Part shown: piece after piece, positions 50,552 to 59,792 of the stretch
How positions within the stretch are numbered: position 1 is the stretch's first letter
Layout: each line of letters opens with the position of its first letter
Virus record (IMG/VR): IMGVR_UViG_3300019487_000020
Coordinates: 1 to 64,000 of that record
Length of the DNA: 64,000 bases
DNA from: a virus
Strand: one strand, 5' to 3'
The notes under the pieces: model-generated
Databases searched by the model: none
The model's input: only the letters and a program-made list of their open reading frames with translations
What the model was told of the DNA's origin: nothing
Translations under genes and position numbers: made by a program

Positions 50552-53500
50552 TTAGACGTCAAAGAAGAAACCACCCCTCTTGCCACCCTTCTTGACCGCT
50601 CCCGAGTTGGGCCCCAGTCTCTTCTGTATCTCCTGCTTCATCTGCTTGGAGTGCTCTGTGGCCTGCTCCTTCCTCTCTTCTTTGGGGGCGCTGGGCTCGG
50701 AGCCGTCGGCCGTGGTCATGGTCACCCCCCTGCCCTTGCCCTCGATGGGGAACTCGTTTTGGCCCACGTACCGAACGGTGTCCATGACGTCCGCGTACTC
50801 CTCGTCATCCGGGGTCTTGGTTACGTTGCCGGCGTTATCAAGCACGAAGTGGTGGACCCTGAACCCAGTTATGACCTTTTGGTTCTCCGGCGTGTCCAAC
50901 ACCTTGAGCCACCTGCGGCCCAGGCCGTCGACTATCTTGGACCTTACGGCGTTGATGCCGCCCATGACGTCCTTAGTGAAGTCGGGGCACGGCATGCCGT
51001 TCTTTTTGAACGTCTTGATGTTGCCGGGCATGGCCGTGTCTGGGTACCACTTGTTGACCTTGAACCTGTCCCTAAGCTCGATGCCGGTCTTTAGCTGGTC
51101 TGGAAACTCCTGGCCGGGCTCTCCGTATGTGTGCAAGATCCACACCTGCCCGTTGGGTATGATGGCCCACACGGTGATGGCGTACTCGTGCCTGAACCCC
51201 CAGTCCAGCCCGGCCACTATCTTGACGCCCATGCTGTGCAGGTACGCCACGAGCTGGTCCAGGGTGATGCCGGGCATCTTCTCGCCGCTGACCACGGTGA
51301 AGGCGTCCTCGAGCTTGAGTATGTTGCCTTCGGTGAAGGCGTTCTCGAACCTAGGGTAAATGAGTCCCTTGCTGGAGGGCTTCCAGCACATGAGCTGCGC
51401 CTCGCCCATGTCGGGCGGCACTTTGCGGAACGAGTTTATGATCGTAGGTATGCGCTTGTACAGCCCGCCGCTGTCCTCGTCCGGCCGGCTGGCCAGCCTG
51501 GTGCGGCACACAGTGAACAGCGGACAGGTGGCGCAGCCGGCGTGGGCCTTTTTAACCAGGTCGTACTTCTCCTTGTCCGCCTCGGGGAGCAGCTTCCACT
51601 TTTCCCTGGTAAGGTGCTTGTTGAGGGGCAGCTGCTTGGGGGCGTACAGGTCCACCTTAGGCAGGTGCGGCATGTGGCGTTCCTTCGGGCACTTCCCGGT
51701 AACGTCCATGATGTTCCACCGCAGGACCTCTTCGCCGGCCTCCTTGGCTTCGTCAAGCTCTTTCTGCATGAGCCCGAAGGCGAACTTCCTGGTGGACAGC
51801 TTGACGGTGACCGGGAACTGGCCCTCGAACTCGCCCGCAATCAGCTTGGCCTCGTTGTACGCCATGGGGTCGCGCACGACGTCGATCTCGTCAATGAACA
51901 TCAAGTTCGTGTGCTCGGAGTTGTGCACAAGAACACCGTTGGCGTAGAAGTTTTTAAGGTGGGGATTTTCTGTGTCCAGAACCACATCCACCAAGTCCTG
52001 CATGCCCACCGGCTCTATATGCACAACCTCTAAGCTTGCGGCTTTCCTTACCCGTCGCAACCACCGCCTGCCCGTCTTGGTGTTGGGCACCTTCTTGTCA
52101 GTGTACGCAAACCCGCTAGGTCTCCTGCTCAGGAAGACCCTGTCCATCGAGTCAATAGTGAAAGTGGCGCCCACCTCGGCGGTTGGCGCTAGAAGTTTGT
52201 ACCTCATAGACGGCACAAAGTACGGCGAGACCAACTCAGACAGCTTGCGCGACGTAGCCATGTCCATCGCCAGGCCGGTGTAAACTTTTTTAGTTTGATT
52301 GGTAGACTTAACCACTTTTGCGGGGTAGCCTATCTTTCCCAGCCATGATGCAAGCATCTCATTGCCTTCCAGAGTGAACCCAAAACTAGCAATGCGAAAC
52401 GCATGATCTTTGTAGAGCCCTACCTCTTGCATATTGGCCGACCCATCGTCTTGGAGGAAATAGGCCAGGCCCTCGGGCTTGATTCTGTCTAGCCATTCTG
52501 CGCTGATGGTTTTAACGCCATTGCGCTTGATTAACCTGTTTATCTCCTCAAAATAGGGGTGAACTTGCGTGGTGAGTTTCACTATGCCCCTGTTGTCGAC
52601 ATACGTATGGCAACAGATGCCGCTTCTCTCTAAGACTGAGCGGGTGGCCCGTATGTAGTCCATATTCTTGACGGACCTGGACACCTGGTATCTAACCGAA
52701 CCTGAAGGCAGTATGTTAAGCGAAGCATCGCCCATCAGCGTGCCAAGGACCATTTGCTCAAGAGTGCGCTTGTTCTGGTGGTCCATAACAGGAACCCAGC
52801 TCTTGTGCGTCGGCTCCCCGATTAGTGGCTGCATCTTGTCGCCAAGCCTAACCTGGCTGGCACTTACCCACCCCCTATGGGTAAAAACCGGGTGATCGTC
52901 CGACACAATTAAGTCTCTGCCGTCAGCCAAACATATTTTTCTAGCATGCTTTTTGGCAATAGCTATGCCGGCCACCCGCACATTCTTGTGACAAAGGTCT
53001 TTGGCATCCCAGGATAAAACCATGGCTCCTGGGGAAATTTCAGCTGCCCTGACCGAGCTTCCGTCGGACAGCCTTACCATGGAGTCGGGTGATACGCAGT
53101 TGGCGCCGGTCATGGTGCAGATGATCACGGTTATGTACGGGGTCTTGCCCTCGGGGGTGTTGAACTCTATCCTGGTCTTGGTGGACGATGTGTTGATCCA
53201 CCCTGCGGTCTGTGTCAGCGGCTCTAGCTTCTTGAAGAACGCGTTGATGTAGCTGACTGCCTTGTTCGACTGGGTCTGAATGGCCGCCATGTGCGAGATG
53301 GTGGTCTGGAAGTGCAGCAGCAGCAGCACCTCTAGCGCGGCTGCGGACAGGGTTTTGTAGCCCTCCCGGGCAGACAGCATGATGAAGCCAGGCCGCACAT
53401 CGCCCTTGTTGTCCCTAACCGTGGAGTAGATCTCCCACATGGCCTCGATCGGGCTGCTGTTGGAGTCGGGGTCTATGTGCCCCATGGGGAAGTCCAGACC

Positions 53501-53734
53501 TAGGAAAAGCTGGCACCAGTCCTTGATTTCCTCGGCCGACGAAAGCATGGTAAGCATCATGACGGACAGGGACTTAAGCTCCAAGGCCCTGACCTGGAAC
53601 TCCTCGACGGTTAGGCCGGACTCCCGCGCAAGCGACTGCACGTCCGCGCCTGCAGCCCTTATAGACTCCTCGGTCAGGCTATGCAACCTGTTGGTCACTG
53701 TAGCCGGAAGTTTTCTGAAGGTGGACTTCTTCAA
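50552..53734 (-). CDS. terL: terminase large subunit interrupted by an intein
   Basis: The exteins total 667 aa. A Walker A-like LSAREGYKT is present, and the Walker B LMFIDEID lies immediately after the intein. A C-terminal nuclease-like region follows. The gene sits next to the portal region. Confidence 0.7.
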   Translation of the reverse strand: MKKSTFRKLPATVTNRLHSLTEESIRAAGADVQSLARESGLTVEEFQVRALELKSLSVMMLTMLSSAEEIKDWCQLFLGLDFPMGHIDPDSNSSPIEAMWEIYSTVRDNKGDVRPGFIMLSAREGYKTLSAAALEVLLLLHFQTTISHMAAIQTQSNKAVSYINAFFKKLEPLTQTAGWINTSSTKTRIEFNTPEGKTPYITVIICTMTGANCVSPDSMVRLSDGSSVRAAEISPGAMVLSWDAKDLCHKNVRVAGIAIAKKHARKICLADGRDLIVSDDHPVFTHRGWVSASQVRLGDKMQPLIGEPTHKSWVPVMDHQNKRTLEQMVLGTLMGDASLNILPSGSVRYQVSRSVKNMDYIRATRSVLERSGICCHTYVDNRGIVKLTTQVHPYFEEINRLIKRNGVKTISAEWLDRIKPEGLAYFLQDDGSANMQEVGLYKDHAFRIASFGFTLEGNEMLASWLGKIGYPAKVVKSTNQTKKVYTGLAMDMATSRKLSELVSPYFVPSMRYKLLAPTAEVGATFTIDSMDRVFLSRRPSGFAYTDKKVPNTKTGRRWLRRVRKAASLEVVHIEPVGMQDLVDVVLDTENPHLKNFYANGVLVHNSEHTNLMFIDEIDVVRDPMAYNEAKLIAGEFEGQFPVTVKLSTRKFAFGLMQKELDEAKEAGEEVLRWNIMDVTGKCPKERHMPHLPKVDLYAPKQLPLNKHLTREKWKLLPEADKEKYDLVKKAHAGCATCPLFTVCRTRLASRPDEDSGGLYKRIPTIINSFRKVPPDMGEAQLMCWKPSSKGLIYPRFENAFTEGNILKLEDAFTVVSGEKMPGITLDQLVAYLHSMGVKIVAGLDWGFRHEYAITVWAIIPNGQVWILHTYGEPGQEFPDQLKTGIELRDRFKVNKWYPDTAMPGNIKTFKKNGMPCPDFTKDVMGGINAVRSKIVDGLGRRWLKVLDTPENQKVITGFRVHHFVLDNAGNVTKTPDDEEYADVMDTVRYVGQNEFPIEGKGRGVTMTTADGSEPSAPKEERKEQATEHSKQMKQEIQKRLGPNSGAVKKGGKRGGFFFDV
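51920..53098 (-). mobile_element. 393-aa intein with a LAGLIDADG homing endonuclease
   Basis: The N-terminal splice junction is GAN|CVSPDSMV, block B is IVSDDHPVF, the LAGLIDADG motifs are LGTLMGDASL and AYFLQDDGSA, and the C-terminal junction is NGVLVHN|SEH. Confidence 0.85.
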
Positions 53735-53741
53735 CTAGCCC

Positions 53742-55514
53742 TCACGAACGCTCATTGGCCTCGTTCACGTACTCGTCGGAGCGCGTTGTGGCCCGCACGA
53801 ACTCGCTTTCGGCAGCGGCCTCCTCGCGCTCAAGCTGTACGTCCCGGTACTGGGCCACTATGCCGCCCATGGTGCCCATGACGCCGGCTATGCTGATCGC
53901 GTTCTCGATGGCCTGCTCCACTGCGCGCGCAGCGTCGTACACCCCGGTCTCCTCCGCCGTGCCGTACTTCTGCGACTCTGCGTCGTACACTTGCGACGGC
54001 TGGGACATCAGCCTGGTGATCACTTCCTGAGTCTCTTGGTCTGTGTGGCCTGAGTTCCTAAGCAGCCTGGTCGGCAGGCTGATCAGCGAAGGGGCCAGGA
54101 TGTTGCGGGCCGAGCTTTCCTCGGGCTCGTTCTGCAGCAGGTCAAGGGCCAGGTCTATGGCCACCCGGCACCCGCCGGGCAGTGCGCCGTGTACGATGGC
54201 CGACCTGACGGCACACACCGCGTCCTCGCATCGGTCGTGGGCCTCCTTAAGCTCCCCGTTGCTGCCGGCAAAGATGGTGAGCTTGGCTATGCCGCTGGTC
54301 AGCTTGCCCAGGCGTTCGGTGAGCAGCACCTTGTCTATGGCGCTTTCCGGGTTCTTGATCTGCTCCTCAAGCTCGGAAGCGCGGAACTCGATGTTGGTCT
54401 GGTCGGACTCGCCGACCACGGTGCTCCTGAAGCGGTAAGCCTCAAAGCTCTCCATGCCCGAGCCAAGGTTGGACAGCTCGAACGTGTTCAGCTGGTCCTT
54501 GAGTCCGAACACGCGGGCGCCCGTGAACGCGGCTAGGTCATGCAGGAAGTGGGTTTGGCTGTTGGCCTGCTGGGTTCGCGGCGTGGCCATGGTCACGATG
54601 TTCAGCGTGTTGGGCTGGGCGAAGTTGAAGGCCAGGTGGGTGAGCACGGAGTCCGAGAAGCCATGGGCGAAGAAGACAATGTTCTTCCACTTGTCGTCCT
54701 TCTCCTCCTCGTAGCGCTGGCCCACTTTCTCCAGCAGGTCAACGAAGTTGGTGATGTCGTGCACGATGCCGTCGTACAACAGAAACAACGGCTTCTCCAT
54801 GTAGCACCGCTGGTTGGCCTGGTCGTTGATGAAGGCGGGGTGGAACTTGCCAATGGAGTCCTCCAGCCCGATGGCCATGGGGAAGCCGTCGATCTGGCTG
54901 ACCTCGTAGCCGTGCGGGCCTGAAAGCTCGCGTATGGTCACGTGCGAGCCCTCTCCGTAGCCCACCAGGTCGAAGGCCTTAATTACTGCGTCGGCCATCT
55001 CGTCGTCGCCGTTGGCTGATATGCGGGCAACCTTCCACAGCAGGTCCTTGTTTTCTTCGCTGATCTTAATGGCCTGGGCCTTGACGTAGGGCAGCAGCCT
55101 GGCGCGGGACACCTTTCCGATCTCGCGCACGATGCGCTGAGGGCTAAGCTTGGGGTTGTTCTTGCAGTACTCGAACAAGTTCTCTATGATCGAGGCCGCC
55201 AGTATGGTGGCCGTGGTTGTGCCGTCTCCGGCCTCCTGGGCGGTGCGCTTGGCCGCATCCCGGGCCTGCTCGATGACCAGGTGCTCAAACGGGTCGATGG
55301 CGCCCAGGCTGTCGAACACAGTGACGCCGTCCTTGGTGTTCTTGTTGGGTATGCCGGGGTAGTCGCTCTCGATGAGCGTGGGCGAGCCGCCTGGTCCGAA
55401 CGTGGAACCGACGATCTCAGACACCCTGCCCATGGCCTTGAGCACTATTTTCCTGATCTTGTCCGGGTTGGACTCAAAGCTCTTTGCGGCAGATTTCACT
55501 TTGCGTACTGACAT
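53742..55514 (-). CDS. groEL: GroEL-like (Cpn60) chaperonin
   Basis: AGDGTTTATILA is the Cpn60 ATP-binding signature. The length is 590 aa, and GPGGSP and GG motifs are present. Confidence 0.85.
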   Translation of the reverse strand: MSVRKVKSAAKSFESNPDKIRKIVLKAMGRVSEIVGSTFGPGGSPTLIESDYPGIPNKNTKDGVTVFDSLGAIDPFEHLVIEQARDAAKRTAQEAGDGTTTATILAASIIENLFEYCKNNPKLSPQRIVREIGKVSRARLLPYVKAQAIKISEENKDLLWKVARISANGDDEMADAVIKAFDLVGYGEGSHVTIRELSGPHGYEVSQIDGFPMAIGLEDSIGKFHPAFINDQANQRCYMEKPLFLLYDGIVHDITNFVDLLEKVGQRYEEEKDDKWKNIVFFAHGFSDSVLTHLAFNFAQPNTLNIVTMATPRTQQANSQTHFLHDLAAFTGARVFGLKDQLNTFELSNLGSGMESFEAYRFRSTVVGESDQTNIEFRASELEEQIKNPESAIDKVLLTERLGKLTSGIAKLTIFAGSNGELKEAHDRCEDAVCAVRSAIVHGALPGGCRVAIDLALDLLQNEPEESSARNILAPSLISLPTRLLRNSGHTDQETQEVITRLMSQPSQVYDAESQKYGTAEETGVYDAARAVEQAIENAISIAGVMGTMGGIVAQYRDVQLEREEAAAESEFVRATTRSDEYVNEANERS

Positions 55515-55579
55515 TTATAGGTCCCCCGTGCGATTCTATCATGCAAGGATATCGAACAAAAGACGATAGGACGGCATAG

Positions 55580-56332
55580 ATGGCTAAGACTAAAATTCTG
55601 TGGTTAGACTGCGACGAGGTTCTGCTGGACTTCATCCGAGAGTTCAACAAATTCCTGGGCACAAAAGGCCACTACGTCGCCTACGAGTACATGCCGGAAA
55701 AGTGGGGCGCATGGGCGGGCATCGAGCAGGGCGACTTTGGCAACCTGATGCAGGAGTTCATAAACCATTACTCGGGCAACCTGCCGCGTCTGGCCAAGGC
55801 GGAGCAGCTGTGCCGGAAGGCCCGCGAGCTTGGCTGGCACGTCAACGTGATCACCGCGCACCCTTCCCACCTAACCAAGGAAAGGCTAGACAACCTCTCC
55901 AGTGAAGGGCTCGTGTTCGACGGCTTCTACTCGACGGTGTCGTTCGGCCCTGACGGAAAGAAGTTCTCGATCTACAAGCACGACGTTGCCGGCCACATGC
56001 CTGGCGACATCAACGTGCTGGTCGACGACAGGTTCCAGACCGCCAAGGCGTGGGCGGAGTCAAAGTCGCTGCCCGGCGCGTACGCTGTTACGGTCAGCAG
56101 GTCGTACAACAGCGACGACATTTTGGAGTACCTGTCCTACTTGGGCAGGGTCTTCCCGGACAACCTGCTAGTCTCAAGTCCGGGCTCCAATGCGGACGAG
56201 GGCGCATCCAACATGCAGGAGGACGCATGGAGGCTGATTCAGAAGCTGGACCACGAGGACTCGGTCTCCACTCTCAAGGAGATAGCCGAGATACGGTCTA
56301 GGTCAGGACACTACACTCTGCTCGGAGAATAA
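55580..56332 (+). CDS. HAD-superfamily 5'(3')-deoxyribonucleotidase-like phosphatase
   Basis: HAD motif I is WLDCDEVLLDF (DxDxV) and a distal VLVDDR is present. The layout is NT5C-like. Confidence 0.6.
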   Translation: MAKTKILWLDCDEVLLDFIREFNKFLGTKGHYVAYEYMPEKWGAWAGIEQGDFGNLMQEFINHYSGNLPRLAKAEQLCRKARELGWHVNVITAHPSHLTKERLDNLSSEGLVFDGFYSTVSFGPDGKKFSIYKHDVAGHMPGDINVLVDDRFQTAKAWAESKSLPGAYAVTVSRSYNSDDILEYLSYLGRVFPDNLLVSSPGSNADEGASNMQEDAWRLIQKLDHEDSVSTLKEIAEIRSRSGHYTLLGE

Positions 56333-56333
56333 A

Positions 56334-56897
56334 ATGAAAATAGGCTTCATAGGCTCTCCCTATTCAGGAAAGACAACCACCGCCGCCATGCTCTTTGCGC
56401 GGCTCAAGCGCGAGGGCGTATCGGCCGAGTACATGCCCGAGTACGCGCGCAGCGTAATCAGGACGATCAAGAACGCCACCGGCCTGGACCCAGACGAGCA
56501 CGACCAGATGGCCATCATGTGGGGCCAGCGCGAGGGGGAGGACAGCCACGTGAGGGGCACTGACTACGACCACATAGTGATCACCGACGGCAGCACCGTG
56601 AACAGCCTGTTCTACATGCCCCCTGACTTCGTGAAGATGAAGGGCGAGTCGTCAAGCCCAATGGTCCAGGCCAACAGGTACGACCTGCTGTTCTACTGCG
56701 AGCCTGTGTTTTCCGACAGGTCGTCTGACCAGGGCAGGATACACGACAAGGGATTCTCGGAGGCCATGGACGGCAGCATCAAACGCTCGGGCGTTCTGGA
56801 GCACAGCAACGTGGTCTCCCTGGACGGCACCCCCGAGGGCAGGCTCGAGCAGGCCCACAGGGCCCTGTGGGCGCGTCGGAAAGCGCAAGGAGTTTGA
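56334..56897 (+). CDS. P-loop NTPase/kinase (AAA_28 / NadR-kinase-like)
   Basis: The P-loop GSPYSGKTTTAAML is followed by EYAR. Confidence 0.55.
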   Translation: MKIGFIGSPYSGKTTTAAMLFARLKREGVSAEYMPEYARSVIRTIKNATGLDPDEHDQMAIMWGQREGEDSHVRGTDYDHIVITDGSTVNSLFYMPPDFVKMKGESSSPMVQANRYDLLFYCEPVFSDRSSDQGRIHDKGFSEAMDGSIKRSGVLEHSNVVSLDGTPEGRLEQAHRALWARRKAQGV

Positions 56898-56905
56898 CAA
56901 AGCTA

Positions 56906-58387
56906 GTGGCCCAGTCCCCCACGAGGGCCTTGGTGCATGCCTCGCGCGAGGAGCTTGCATCGCTGGCGCGCCAGCTGGTGTACACCGACAAAGACGCGGT
57001 GCACGCGCTCCAGAGGCACAAGCTGAACAAGAGATGGAGGCAGTCTGACGAGGACTCCTGGCTCGCCAGGGCGGAGGAGATCAAGTCGCAAATCACCGTT
57101 AGCCTAATACATCCTTCCGAGGAAGGCCCGTGGACCCGGCCCGGAGTGGTGCCGTGGATAAAAGGGGTTGAACTGGACAAGTCAGCCATAGTCTACCCCA
57201 AGCCCAGGCCGTTCCCGTGGCGCAAGAAGCTGCCGTTCGAGCTTCACCCCTACCAAAGCTCGTCGATAGCCAAGCTTCTGGCCGAGAAGCATGGCAATGT
57301 AGAGCTTACCACGGGCGCAGGCAAGACCGCCATCCTCATCGTGATAGCAAGGGAGCTTGGGCTGCCGACCGTGGCAGTGGCACCGTCAATACCGATCTTT
57401 GAAGAGCTGCACAGAAAGTTTGTAGAGCATTTTGGCCAGCAAAACGTAGGCGCGTTCGGAGACGGCAAGAAGCAGATCGGCCGGACGTTCACCGTCTGCG
57501 TGGCCAAGAGCCTGAGCAACCTGAAGCCAGGCACCAAGGAGTGGGAGTTCTTCCAGAAGACCAGCGTCATGCTGGTGGACGAGAGCCACACGTGGGGTGC
57601 CAACCTGCTAGAGAGCACGTGCCACGGAGTGCTGTCGGAGGTGCCGTACAGGTTCTTCTTCAGCGGCACCCAGACCAGGGCTGACGGCTCGGAGCTTCTG
57701 CTTAGGAGCATCATCGGACGCACAGTTGAGAAACTGGAGACGTGGGAGGCGGTCGAGGGCGGCTACATCTCGAAGCACTCGTTCAGGATAGCGAAGGTGT
57801 ACAGCCACGACCCCACCTACGCCGTCAAGGACCCTATCTTGATGAAGCGCGAGCACTTCCTGCGCAACCCAAACATAGCCCAGTTCATTGCCAGATTCGG
57901 CAATGCCGTGGCGCAGACCAGGAACGAGAACACGCTGGTGCTGGTCGAGGAAGTCAACCAGATAGCCATGCTGGCAAAGATGCTGAAGGTGCCGTACGCC
58001 ATAGCCCACTCCACCAAGGACAAGAAGGAGCTGCTTGAGCACGGCCTTCCGGCCGTGGACCCAACCGAGTCCCTTGAGAAATTCAACCGAGGCGAGGTCA
58101 AGATGCTTATAGGCACCAGGTGCATCTCGACCGGGTCCAACATATACCCCATGCACCATACGTTCAACTGGCAGGGCGGGTCGTCCGAGGTGGCCACCAA
58201 GCAGGGGGCCGTAGGCCGATCGGTGCGGCTGCAGTCCCAGTGCCCGTACCCATGGGTAGGTCCTTCAAAAGAATCGGTAACTATATGGGACTTCGACGTG
58301 GCCGATATCCCAGCAACAGAGAAGCAGTTGAAAAAAAGGCTTGCTTTCTACGCAGACAGCAGAGCAGAGATCAAGAGGGTTGGTTGA
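56906..58387 (+). CDS. SF2 DExH-box helicase
   Basis: The motifs are Walker A TTGAGKTA, motif II MLVDESH, motif III FFSGT and motif VI QGAVGRSVR. The start is uncertain (GTG 56906 or TTG 56894). Confidence 0.8.
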   Translation: MAQSPTRALVHASREELASLARQLVYTDKDAVHALQRHKLNKRWRQSDEDSWLARAEEIKSQITVSLIHPSEEGPWTRPGVVPWIKGVELDKSAIVYPKPRPFPWRKKLPFELHPYQSSSIAKLLAEKHGNVELTTGAGKTAILIVIARELGLPTVAVAPSIPIFEELHRKFVEHFGQQNVGAFGDGKKQIGRTFTVCVAKSLSNLKPGTKEWEFFQKTSVMLVDESHTWGANLLESTCHGVLSEVPYRFFFSGTQTRADGSELLLRSIIGRTVEKLETWEAVEGGYISKHSFRIAKVYSHDPTYAVKDPILMKREHFLRNPNIAQFIARFGNAVAQTRNENTLVLVEEVNQIAMLAKMLKVPYAIAHSTKDKKELLEHGLPAVDPTESLEKFNRGEVKMLIGTRCISTGSNIYPMHHTFNWQGGSSEVATKQGAVGRSVRLQSQCPYPWVGPSKESVTIWDFDVADIPATEKQLKKRLAFYADSRAEIKRVG

Positions 58388-59424
58388 GTTACGAGAGAGA
58401 ATCCCCAAAGCCAGAGGACTTCGACGATGCGTTCCACAAGCTGGCGCAGGACGTAGCCCGCGTACTTGACGAGAACAAGGACGGCACCTCCCAGCGCGAG
58501 CAGGTCGAAGGCCTGATGCTCATCGAGCGCAAGTTTAGGGACTCCATCTGCCGCTATGCGCAGAGCAGGGAGCTTTACCGACGGTTCATACTCATGGTCG
58601 CCGTGGAGAACAAGAACATACTGAGCGCTCGCCCGTACTTCCGCGAGAAGGCAGAGACCTTCAGTTCGAAGATCACGCCGGCCATCAAGGCGGGCGACGT
58701 AGAGGCCCTCAAGAAATTCGACGTGAACTACCACTTCCTGACGTTCGCCAAGAAGTCATGGCGCGGTCCGTTCCCCAAGATGGCCCTCAAGTACTACAAC
58801 CTGGCCATAGAGGCTAGGCGGAAGCTGATCGAGAACAACATTCCGCTCGCCATCAACCGGGCCAAGCTGTTCTTCCGACGAACCCCCAGGTCCCACCTGG
58901 AGCTTTCCGACCTGATCAACATTTGCGTCATGGGGCTGTGCGCCGGCGTGGACAAGTGGGTGGGCGACTACCGCACTGTGTTCCGCTCTGTCTGCATCGG
59001 CCGCATGAGCGGCAACATGGTGGACAGCTACTCAGAGACCCTGCTGCACTTCTACCCGTCGGACAAGCGGGTCCTGTACAAGGCCAACACCATAAGCGGC
59101 CGGCAGGACATCTCGGACGTGCGGGACCTGGCCGACGCGGTCAAGCAGTCCTTCGCCAACGACGCAGCCGAGGGCAAGAGCGTGCCCAAGGAGGACGTAA
59201 GCTACCACGAGCTTCACGCCCTCATGAGCGGCGCCTCCACGGTCAGCGCCGATGCGCCACTGGGCGAGGAGGGACTTACAGTACACGACAAGGCAGCGTG
59301 TCAGCGCCCCAGCCCCGAGGCCAATGCAGAGCACGCGGACGCCATGGGCAAGATGTTCGAGGCTGCCGAGGGCCTTCCGCTGATACTCAGAAAAGTGCTA
59401 ACCTTGAAAGGGGTAAGAACCTAA
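58384..59424 (+). CDS. sigma-70-family-like transcription factor (region 2-like)
   Basis: The start is a TTGA overlap. LIENNIPLAINRAKLFF..LSDLINICVMGLCAGVDKW..FRSVCIGRM parallels sigma regions 2.1-2.4. Confidence 0.45.
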   Translation: MSYERESPKPEDFDDAFHKLAQDVARVLDENKDGTSQREQVEGLMLIERKFRDSICRYAQSRELYRRFILMVAVENKNILSARPYFREKAETFSSKITPAIKAGDVEALKKFDVNYHFLTFAKKSWRGPFPKMALKYYNLAIEARRKLIENNIPLAINRAKLFFRRTPRSHLELSDLINICVMGLCAGVDKWVGDYRTVFRSVCIGRMSGNMVDSYSETLLHFYPSDKRVLYKANTISGRQDISDVRDLADAVKQSFANDAAEGKSVPKEDVSYHELHALMSGASTVSADAPLGEEGLTVHDKAACQRPSPEANAEHADAMGKMFEAAEGLPLILRKVLTLKGVRT

Positions 59425-59792
59425 TGGCCGACTTTGAAGAAGTCCAGAGAGTCAAAATCGTACCGGAGGACGAGCTTTCGCCCTTCTCCGTGAGCAACAA
59501 GGTGATCCTGGAGTACTCCAAGTTCGACCGCAGTCTCCAGGCCGAGAACCGCTCCGGGCTGTCCTTCATCAAGCAGAAGATCGACCTAGTTCCGTTCAAA
59601 GTGATGGCAAGGTCCTACCTCCCCAACAACGTCGTGGTCCAGGCCGGCTCCACTGCCTACATCTCCGGCGAAGTGCTCCACAACGCCCCATGGGCCAAGC
59701 AGCCTAAGGAGTCCCCTGCGTTCCCCGGCAAGCAGGTGCTCATCGTGGACGTAGGGGCGATCGAGTTCTTCGACCCGAGGGCCTCCAAGTGA
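59424..59792 (+). CDS. hypothetical protein
   Basis: The start is a TAATG overlap. 122 aa. Confidence 0.55.
   Translation: MADFEEVQRVKIVPEDELSPFSVSNKVILEYSKFDRSLQAENRSGLSFIKQKIDLVPFKVMARSYLPNNVVVQAGSTAYISGEVLHNAPWAKQPKESPAFPGKQVLIVDVGAIEFFDPRASK

Noticed and set aside
59424-59792. 122-aa ORF considered as a GroES/gp31-like co-chaperonin for the phage GroEL.
   Set aside because: Only a vague resemblance exists (VKIVPEDE.., ..GKQVLIVDVGAIEF). There is no mobile-loop or GroES signature I can point to, and the ORF lies 4 kb from the chaperonin gene.
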